Source: Eledone cirrhosa
Taxonomy: Eukaryota
NCBI GenBank assembly: GCA_964016885.1
Contig: OZ024741.1
Span: forward strand, 216,256,001 to 216,320,000
Length of the DNA: 64,000 nucleotides
Direction: 5' to 3'
Every line of letters starts with the position of its first letter. Position 1 is the stretch's first letter. The position numbers were made by a program, and so were the translations under genes. Positions 54,420 through 64,000 of the stretch are shown here, piece by piece. The notes below the pieces were generated by a model that saw only the letters and a list, made by a program, of their open reading frames with translations, searched no databases and was not told where the DNA came from.

Positions 54420-57400
54420 TCTCTCAAACTTCAGACGTATATTCAGAGTGGTCCCGTTCACTCGGACCATTCTCGCTACATTCACCCACCTTTCAACAAA
54501 CTTGCTAGAAAGCAGCACTTGCCTCTCCACCCTGATTTTCCTCTTCAAGTGAAACTTGAAAAAGTTAATTAGGGATTCGCCGAAGAGGAAAGTGTTTGTC
54601 TTTAATCCTTTTAACCTTGTCCACCACACAATCTCTTTCGCCATGGCCACCAGGCAGATGAAAACCGCCTGCCCTTCCTCCTCAAAGGAAGACGGCGAGA
54701 CCATCTGCACAATGAACTCAGTCGACAACCGGATCAGTCCCACACACGACAGCAACTGTTCGACATAGCTCCACAAGTCAGCAATGCTCGGGCACTGAAC
54801 GAGTGCGTGCACAACGGTTTCGTCGCTATGCGCGCATCTCGGACAGGCTCGGCTGACGGCACTTCCGTGCCTGTAAAGCTTATCTCGAACCGGCAGCGCT
54901 CCCCGGTAGCACTGCCAGGCCAGGGATTTTTGGAAGTTATCCATAGGCCCCGGGCTGAAAGTTCTCCGGAAGAGAGCAAACAGCTGATCTTCTTCGACGC
55001 CCAGGATCTCTCCGAGAATGTCGTCGCTCTTCCCCTCCACTAGTCCTCTATAGAACGCCGAGGTGGATGTTCTACCGATACTGGTGCCCAACTGGGAGAG
55101 GGCAGTGAGCGCCTGGAGACATTCCAGTTTCCAAGCGCTATCCCTCGGTCTTTTTCTGACCCAGGACTGCAGCTCCGTCAAGGAGACGAGCTGTGGGAAA
55201 ATGTGCCTGGCGAACGGCGACCACACCCGTTCACCATCAAGGAAGCACCAGAGATGTCGCAGCCTCAGCGCATGTTTGCGCATCATCAGCCATGGCATGC
55301 CCAGTCCGCCACGCAACGGGTGTTGACAGCAGATGGATCGTCTGACCATGGGAGCACGTCACTTACACAAAAAGCGGAAGAGGAGGCGCTCCATTTTGGT
55401 GAGAGTTCGGCTGGAGCAAGGGACGACGGTGAGGCGGTAGCCGATGACGAATGCGATGTACGCATTCGCCACTTCCGCCCGGCCTTTCAGGGACAGCTTC
55501 CTCTCAGCCCATTTCTGGGTGAGGGAGGCCACCCTGCTCGTCACCTCGTTCCAGTTTTTCTCCATCTGGAGGTCCGGTCCGAACCAGACCCCGAGCAATT
55601 TAACCGGTCCGTCCGTCCAACGCCTCACGACGCTGTCCGACGGCATGGACTTGCCTCTCCAGGTGCCTAGCTGCAAGCCCACCGACTTTTCCTGGTTTAT
55701 CTTTGCTCCTGTCACCGCTTCGTATTCCTTGAGAGCGGTGCCGAGCATCTGGACGTGTCTCGTGCTCGACACCACCACGGTGACGTCGTCAGCGTAAGCC
55801 GACTCGGATTTCCCGCATCCTAGTTCGCGTGGGACGCCCCTAATCGGCCCCAGTTTTTGCAGTAACGGCTCGAGAGCCAATACGTACAAGAGGGACGAGA
55901 GGGACAGCCCTGGCGAACTCAGCGCATGATGCTGAACGGCTGCGACAGGTGACCGTTCACCCTCACAACTGAGCAGATGTCGCTGTACATTGCTGCGATC
56001 CAACGCCTGAAAACGGGCCAGAAACCGGCTGCCCCGAGGACCGCCGCCAGGTACCGATGGTCGACCCTATCGAATCCTTTAGATTGATCCAAGATGATCA
56101 GGGCCCCACCCTTGCCAGGTTCCTTAACCACCCTCTCTATTATGTATCGCATGAGGTGGAGGTTGTCGTGTATGGATCTGTCCGGAATGGCGCATATCTG
56201 CGCCTCTCCCACCAGACCCTTGACGACAAGCGCCAACCTCGTTGCTAACAACCTTGGCTATAATCTTGAACTCTGCGTTTAGCAGGGTTATGGGCCTGAA
56301 ATTATCAATAACATCCCCCTTGTTCGGGTCTTTTCTCAGCAGCGCCACTGCTCCCCGGCTCACAAAACTGGGAATGCTCCCGTTCTGCTGCCAGTTGCAG
56401 TAGACGTCTGTCAAGAGGTCACCGAACAAGTCTGGCATAAATGCATAAAGCTCGTAGGGCAGACCATCTAAACCTGGCGATTTACCTCTTGTGCAGTTAG
56501 CCATCGCTTCCCGTATTTCACCGGCTGTTATTGGCTTTTCGCAACACTGTGCTGCGGTCGTCGAGGTATGCACTGAAGTCCATGCCCCGATCCGGGCCGC
56601 CGCCGCTCCCGAACAGTTCAGCAAAGTGCTGCTGAAAAGCTTCACACATCCGCTCGGGTTCGAGTATGACGCACCCGTTTTAGTCAGGCAAAGACCGAAT
56701 TGTGGATTTGTTGCCACGTCGCGCCTCTGCCACCCGGGCCAATTGGACGGCTTTTGTCCCCTCGTGTTTCAGATCACGCGCTTTAGCTCTGACAACGCAG
56801 CCTTCGTGTTTTGCGTTGAAGAATTGGTCGAGTGCCAATCTCGCCGCAAGCACGTCGGTTGCGATGCCTGTCCTAAACGCCTCTTCAAGCTTTCTGACTA
56901 GCTCTCCCTCTACTCTATTTTCCTCTATCACTACTCCTTTGCTAAACCTAATCGACTCTACTTTAATTGCCCTTTTCAGGGCGAACCACCACCTGTTGTT
57001 GACGACCGCTCCCGTCAACGCCCGCTTAACTAATACGCTAATCCGGTCTCTGTAGGCCTTGCGCGCCGGGAAAGACGCGTTCAGCTTCCAGTAACCAGGC
57101 CAATGTCTATGAAGTCTGTCTATGTCGATCTCACAGATCACAAATTTGTGGTCTGTGTAGTCGACTATTTTAAATTGTGGACAACTTATAATAGGGTATT
57201 CTGCAGGGAACTAGATGAGGCTATCTAGATACGATCTGGATGACCCGATACGGTTTGTCCATGTCCACATTGGCACATTCGGGTGATCCAGTCGATACCT
57301 GTCAGACAGTTCAAGACGTCTGAGCAGGTTGGTGAGGCTCTTGCACCCTCCTCCCCTATCCACTAGCCCCACACGATCCCAGCGTACATCCAAGATACCC

Positions 57401-58330
57401 TTCCAGTCGTCGCCCACTAACACTAAAGAGCGGGACGTTCCAAGAAAGGTCTCTAGACATCTGAAGAAATCTGGCCGTCCTGCCCCTGTTGGGGCGTAGA
57501 CGGCTACTAGCCTGAAAGCATTGCCTTCGCTGCCGGTCACGTCCAGCACCACCGACTTACCTTCTGGGTCCAGGAAGATGGCCCGTATCGCGAGATCCAA
57601 GCCTCTCTGAAAAAGGACGGCTACCCCTCCCCCCCGATCCTGGACAGCTGGGAGATGCGTATACATCGTAGCCGCCGAAGATCGGTGCGAAGGCCCGTGC
57701 CTCGGAGATCTGGTTTCACTGATGGCCACCACATCTATGTTTAGTGACCTGAGGTCATTGAGCAGGTGACCCTGCTTCCATGATGACCCCAGGCAACGTG
57801 CAGTTATGCTGCCTATTCGGAGTACAGCCATGTTGGATGAGAAACGGGGCAAATGAGAAAGGGTCACTTACCTTGTTCGTGTGGTGAAGGGACAGTAGAA
57901 CCGTCCCTTTCGTTGGTCATGGGTGTTTCCAAGAGGATGTCAGTGTATATCCTCTTGGTAACCGTCCCTCTGTAGTCTCGAACTGCGTTGGGGAATTTTT
58001 GTTTTAAAGTTTGTTCTGTGGGAAAAAGGCCCTGGGGTGACCTTTCGACCCACAGAGATAACATTTTGGCCGTCTTCCTTCTACACTTATAGGGAGTTGG
58101 AGTCCTTCCTCGAAGTCTATGATATCGGGGATAACCTCGATTCATTCTAGGTCAGTTTGTATAAGCATTTGCATGCCTATACCTGACCAGTTCTCTCTCC
58201 CTATTTTTTCTACTTGCAGCATGGTCGCCCTGTTCTCAATTTCAGCAAGGACAGACGTGGCCAGCCAAGGTATGGGCACGTCGGGTGAGACCTGGGTCAC
58301 TTTGACCCTCACAATTTTCTGCCCGCAGTA
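54420..58330 (-). pseudogene. Decayed Tx1-like LINE copy A (ORF1 fragments plus frameshifted ORF2: AP endonuclease, RT, zinc finger)
   Basis: Pieces 57211-57830 (IGSITARCL, VYAP, SRSYLD), 56680-57141, 56124-56717 (FRPITLLN), 55919-56251, 55359-56003 (YADD) and 54393-55349 (CPRC..HALVQC); ORF1 remnant 57864-58330 homologous to 61657-62905 with a large internal deletion. Confidence 0.92.
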
Positions 58331-61300
58331 GTGAAAAAGTCAATCAGAGCATCACCGAAGAGGTAAGTGCTCGTCTTCAGCCCTTTCAAACGTGTCCACC
58401 ATACTATCTCTTTCACCATGGCCACCAGACAGATAAAAACTGCCTGCCCTTCCCGGCTAAAGGAGGAGGGCGGGGCAATCCTCACGATGGACTCAGATGA
58501 TAGCCGGATCCGTCCTAAACGCGACAGCAGGTGTTCGACATAAACCCACAAGTCAGGAATTTTCGGACACTGGACGAGTGCGTGCAGGACGGTTTCGTCG
58601 CCCTGCGCGCATCTCGGACATGCCCGGCTGACGGCACCTCCATGCCTGTAGAATTTATCCCGAACTGGCAAGGCTCCTCGGTAGCACTGCCAGGCCAGAG
58701 ATTTCTGGAAGTTGTCCATAGGCCCCGGCCCGAAAGTTCTTCCGAAGAGATTGGCTAGTTGATTTTCGTCGACGCCTAGAGTTTCCCCAAGTACGTCGTC
58801 GCTCTTACCCTCCACTAATCCTCTATAGAACGCCGAGGTGGAGTTTCCACCGATCACATTGCCCGATTGGTCGAGGGCTGTGAGCGCCTGAAGACATTCC
58901 AGTCTCCAGGCACTCCCTCTCGGTCTTCGCTTGACCCAGGACTTCAGCTCCGTCAAGGAAACGAGCTGGGGAAATACGCGCCTAGCAAACGGCGACCACA
59001 CCTGATCACCGTCGAGGAAGAGGTGGAGATGTCGTAGCCTGAGCGCGTGCCTGCGCATCATCAGCCACGGCATGCCCAACCCTCCACGTAGCGGGTGTTG
59101 ACAACAGATGGACCGCCTGACCATCGGAGCACGTCCCTTCCACAAAAAGCGAAAGAGCAAACGCTCCAGCGCAGTCAGGCGAGGCTTAGGACAAGGTACG
59201 ACGGTCAGGCGGTAGCAGATGACAGACGCGATGTACGCGTTAGCCACCTCCGCTCGACCTTTCAGTGATAGCTTCCTCTCCGCCCATTTCTGGGTGAGAG
59301 AAGCCACCCTGCTCGTCACCTCGTCCCAGTTTTTGTCCGTCTGGAGGTCCGGACCGAACCAGACCCCTAGCAATTTAACCGGTCCGTCCGTCCAGCGTCC
59401 GACGACGCAGTTGGACGGCATGGACCTGCCTCTCCAGGTGCCGAGCTGCAGGCCCACTGACTTTTCCTGGTTGATCATTGCTCCTGTCACCGCTTCGTAT
59501 TCTCTTAGTGTAGTGCCGATCGCCTCGATGTGTTTGGCGTTCGACACCACTACGGTGACATCGTCCGCATATGCTGACACGGATCTTCCGCATCCTAGTT
59601 CGCGCGGGACTCCCCTCAACGTCTCCAGTTTGTGCAGTAATGGCTCGAGAGTCAATACGTACAAGAGGGACGAGAGGGGACATCCTTGGCGGACCGAGCG
59701 CATGATGTTGAACGGTTCCGACAGGTGACCGTTCACTCTCACCACAGCAGATGTCGCTGTGCATGGCAGCGATCCAGCCTCTGAAGACGGGCCCAAAGCC
59801 AGCCGCCCTCAGGACTGCCGCTAGGTAACGATGGTCGACCCTATCGAAAGCTTTCGACTGATCTAAATTGATCAAGGAGCCACCCGTGCCAGGTTCCTTA
59901 GCTACCCTCTCTATGATGTATCGCATGAGGTGGAGGTTGTCGTGGATGGATCTGTCGGGAATGGCGCATGTCTGCGCCTCTCCCACCAGACCACCAACGA
60001 CAAGCGCCAACCTCTTTGCTAGCACCTTGGCCAAAATCTTGAACTCTGTGTTTAGCAGAGTTATGGGCCGGAAATTGTCTATGTTATCCCCCTTGTTCGG
60101 ATCCTTTCTCAGCAGTGCCACCACTCCTCGGCTCACAGAACTGGGAATTCTCCCGTTCTGTTGCCAGTTGCAGTAGACGTCCGCCAAGAGGCCTCCGAAC
60201 AAGTCTGGCATCTGTACGTAAAGTTCATAGGGCAGACCATCCAAACCAGGCGATTTACCCCTTGTGCAGCCAGTCATTGCCTCCCTTACTTCAGCGGCTG
60301 TTATCGGCTTTTCGCAACACTTCGCCTCAGTGGCCGAGAGCCGCGGCAGTCCGTCGAGGTAGACACTAAAGTCCATCCCTCGACCCGGCCCACCGCTGCC
60401 CCCGAACAGCTGAGCGAAGTGTCGCTGAAAAGCTTCACACATTTGCCCGGGATCGAGTAGCATGCGCCCGTCGTGGTCCACCAAAGACCGGATCGTGGCT
60501 TTGTTGCCACGACGCGCCTCCGCCACTCGGGCCCATTGAACGGCTTTCGTCCCCTCGTGTCTGAGAGCACGCACCCTTGCTCTGACAACGCAGCCTTCGT
60601 GCTTTGCATTGAAGAATTGGTCAAGGGCCAATTTCACCGCAAGCACGTCGGTCGCAATGCCTTTGCTAAGCGCCTCGTCTAATTTTCTAACTAGTTCTCC
60701 CTCTGCTCTATTTTTCTCTATTGCTAAAGCCATACTAAACCTAATCGATTCTATTCTAATCGCTCTTTTCAGAGCAAACCACCACTTGTTGTTGAGGATG
60801 GCCCCCGTCAACGCCCGCTTAACTAGTTCGCTAATCCGGTCTCTGTAGGCCTTGCGCGCTGGTAAGGACGCGTTTAGCTTCCAGTAGCCGGGTCCTCGTC
60901 TATGAAGCCTATCTAAGTCAAGCACACAGATCACGAATTTGTGGTCCGTGTAGCTGACTATCTTGAATTGTGGACAGCCTATGCTAGACCTATCTATTTC
61001 CCTACAAAATACTCTATCTAGATATGATCTGGATGACCCTATGCGGTTTGTCCAAGTCCACATTGGCACATTCGGGAAATCCAATCGGTACCTGTCAGAC
61101 AGTTCAAAACGCCTGAGCAGGTTGGTGAGGCTCTTGCACCCTCCACACCTATCCGCTAATCCCACACAGTCCCAGCGTGCATCTAAGATCCCGTTCCAGT
61201 CGCCCACTAACACTAAAGAGTGGGACGTTCCAAGAAAGGTCTCCAGACGCCGGAAGAAATCAGGCCGCCCTGCTCCTGTCGGGGCATAGACGGCCACTAG

Positions 61301-61621
61301 CCTGAAAGCTTGCCCGTCTCCGCTGGTCACGTCCAGCACCACCAGCTTACCCTCTGGGTCCAGGAAGATGGCCCGTATGGCGAGATCCAAACCTCTCCGA
61401 AAAAGCACAGCAACTCCTCCACCCGATCCAGGACGGCTGGGAGATGCGTACACATCGTAGCCGCCGAAGATCGGTGCGAAGGCCCGTGCTTCGGAGATTC
61501 TGGTCTCGCTGATGGCCACTACATCTATGTTTAGTGACCTGAGGTCGTTGAGCAGGTGACCCTGCTTCCATGACGACCCCAAGCCACGCGCATTTATGCT
61601 GCCTATTCTGAGTGAGGTCAT
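58331..61621 (-). CDS. Tx1-like ORF2: AP endonuclease + reverse transcriptase + zinc finger (one frameshift at about 59747)
   Basis: SINARGL, SETR, VYAP, GDWN, SRSYLDR, TDHK, FRPITLLN, DQSKAFDRVDH, then VRQGCPLS, YADD and CPRC..HALVQC. Comparison with copy A shows a 2-nt loss at the shift. Confidence 0.93.
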
Positions 61622-61656
61622 GTTTAAAATAGAGTGGAAAAGATGGGAAAGACCAC

Positions 61657-63755
61657 TTACCGTACTTTTGGTAGAGGAGGGATGGTTTTTACATCCCTTT
61701 TCACTTGATCGTCTGGTGAAGGGACCGTTGAATCGTCCCTTCGGCTGGTCGTCGGCTCTTCTAAGAGAATGTCTGAATATACTCTTCGATTGATGGTTCC
61801 TCCTAGGTCCCTGAAATCACCAACTGCGTTGGGGAATTTCGTTTTAATGTTTGTGTATTGTTTCTGTGCTATTTTTAGCAGTCTTATGTTAGTTGGCGTT
61901 TTGATTGGTGCTGGTATTATGTAGTCCTGTTGTGAAATGTCTGTGTGTTCAATTATGTAAGTCATTAGTTTCTTGTTGTGTGTATTTATTGCCGTGCATT
62001 TGTTTTTCTGGGGGTGGGGTGTGGTTCTGCTATTTTCTTGTCGTTGTTGCTGGGTGTGTGTGTTTTGTTGTTGTGTTTGCGATATTGGTGCTTGTGGTGG
62101 TGGTGTTGAAGGTGTTGTTGGCGGTGGGGTTGTCGCCGGTGGTGATGGTGGTGCTAGTGTGGGTGGTGATGGTGTTGGTGGTGTTGCTGCTGTGGGTCTC
62201 TTTGCAGTAGACTTTACCCTTTTCTCATTTCTTTCCTCCCTTTTCAAAGGCGACGATGCGCTGCTTCTGCGTTTGTGCCTTCTTACGACCTTTTGCCATC
62301 CCTCTCCCACCTCACACTCCATGTCTGATTCTGTGAGGTCGGGGAGGGGTACCAGATCCACTCTTTCACTTGTTGTTGTTGGTGATGTTTGCACTGGAGT
62401 CTCTGTTGCAGCTGCATTTGGTATTGCTGTTGTTGTTGTTAATATTTCCACTGCTGCTGCTGTTTTTGATTTCCGTGGAGTGGGTATGGGTGCCACGGAC
62501 CTATCGTTCCTGGTTGCCGCTTGTCCTGTTGCTGGTAGCCGTGGAGCCGGATTCGGAAGGAGGGGGTTTTCTCCTTTCTCAGGGTCTTCTCGTTGCAGAA
62601 GGCCCTGAGGTGAGTCTTCGATCCACAGCGAAAGCATTTCGGGCGTTTGCCCTCAACACTTATGGGCAGTTGAGTGCCGTTATCGAAGTCTATCACATCC
62701 GGGATAGCTTCGATGCACTCCTGGTTGGTTTGGATTAGCATCTCAATGGAGGTGCCTACCCAATCTTTTCTTACTTTTTTCTGTACTTGCAGTACAGTTG
62801 TTTTGTCCTCGATTCCGACGAGGACAGACGCGGCCAGCCAAGAAGGGGCCATTCCGGGGGGGGGGGCGTGGGTCAGTTTGACCCTCACAATTTTTTGCCC
62901 GCAGTAGGAGGGCACCAACACCATTTCCTCGCTCCTTAGGGTCACTACTGATTGGGCCTTTGCCTCCTGGGGTGTGGCAAAAAGTACGTCTACGGTGGCA
63001 TATTTTTTGCCTCGGGTGATGTGCGTTTTCCGCTGCCACACAGACCCCAAGGCTTTTTGTATTTGGGCCTCTGTGGCTCTTTCCACCCTACGGGATTTTG
63101 TACTTACTGTACGGTACGTGACCGTACAGTGCTCTTGGGTTTCGAAAAATTTTTCCGCTGCCTTGCAGATTGCTCGGTGTCCATTCTTTGTCACCATCTT
63201 CTTCGCTTCCTCTAATTCCTCATTTGTTATGAGGATTGTTTCCAAGTTTTTCGCAATACCTGCAAATGAGATTGGTTTTTCTCTGCTGCTGCTGTTGTTG
63301 TTGTCGTCAGAGCTGCTGGTACTTTTGTTGTTGCTGCAGGTACTACGACTCCTGCCTCCGCCGCTGTTGCTGTGGTTGTTGTTGGTGTTGCTGCTGCTAA
63401 TGCTGTTGTTGTTTATGCTGCTGGTGATGCTGTTGCGGCTGCTACTGTTGTTTTCATTGTCACTGTTGCTGTTGTTATTACGGCTGCTACTGCTATTATT
63501 CCTGACGTCAGACGAATGAACTGGGTTTTCGTATTTCCCGCACACCTGTTTCGTCGCTGTCGTCGTGGAGAAACCTTGCACGCTTTGCACGAGACTTTTC
63601 TTTTCTTTCGTCACTTGCGAAAGAAAAGGGAGGGAGAGAGACACATTTAAAGAAGGGAGGGAGAGAGACAATCTTCTCTCTGCTGTAGTGATGATTGAGG
63701 AAGAAGAAGACGGAATGAGTGGGAGTGACGTATGAAATTTCTTTTTCGTAGCCAT
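61657..63755 (-). CDS. Tx1-like ORF1 (gag-like CCHC knuckle; Ser/Asn- and Pro/Thr-rich regions; frameshift at about 62590)
   Basis: CFRCGSKTHLRAFC (CX2CX4HX4C); two overlapping frames 62439-63755 and 61657-62637; position upstream of ORF2. Confidence 0.85.
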
Positions 63756-64000
63756 GTTGTTTTTTGTTTAAAATGAATATTGGGTACAAAACCCCAATAA
63801 CTGGTTATTTAACCCCGAAGGGCCAAATAACGGACAGAAAGACCCCTCTCACGAGGAGGAGGGTGTCTTTATCAACAATTTGGTTCAAGTTTTAAACAAT
63901 TTACAATTGTTTTAACGGTTAAAAATTACTATACCTTACAGAGCCGAGCCTCCGTCAACCATAGCATTCAATAATAATAATAATAATGATTTCATTTATT

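Larger units (their letters stand above)
58331..63969 (-). mobile_element. Near-full-length Tx1-like LINE copy B (5' UTR, ORF1, ORF2; 3' end missing)
   Basis: ORF1 followed 35 nt later by ORF2; only two frameshifts seen; (AAT)n just beyond the presumed 5' end. Confidence 0.92.

Overview
This is a eukaryotic, AT-rich window saturated with microsatellites. The SINE types and repeat content suggest a mollusc, probably a cephalopod such as octopus; that is an inference. I found no host protein-coding exon I can support. The window is almost all retroelement-derived: (1) Tx1/L1-clade LINEs, including a near-full-length ORF1+ORF2 copy fused to a second decayed copy (54.4-64 kb) and several 5'-truncated copies sitting in (GATA)n tracts; (2) a Penelope-like element (RT + GIY-YIG, 9.4-12 kb) and many Penelope-type terminal-repeat fragments, mostly arranged as head-to-head inverted repeats inside (TA)n; (3) an RTE-clade LINE with three C-terminal C2H2 fingers, plus a non-coding partner family sharing its 3' stem-loop and (TGTA)n tail; (4) a decayed R4/Dong-like LINE, tRNA-derived SINEs, a tiny mariner-type MITE and a Helitron-like end; (5) a 5.7-kb 15-bp satellite with a 1549-bp higher-order repeat. 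The most striking signals are about 12 intact-core minimal type I hammerhead ribozymes plus several variant cores, mostly with family-specific stem III palindromes; a duplicated ~220-nt multi-helix RNA-like module upstream of one hammerhead; and an apparent division of microsatellite types among retroelement families. All calls were made by eye, without searches or folding software.
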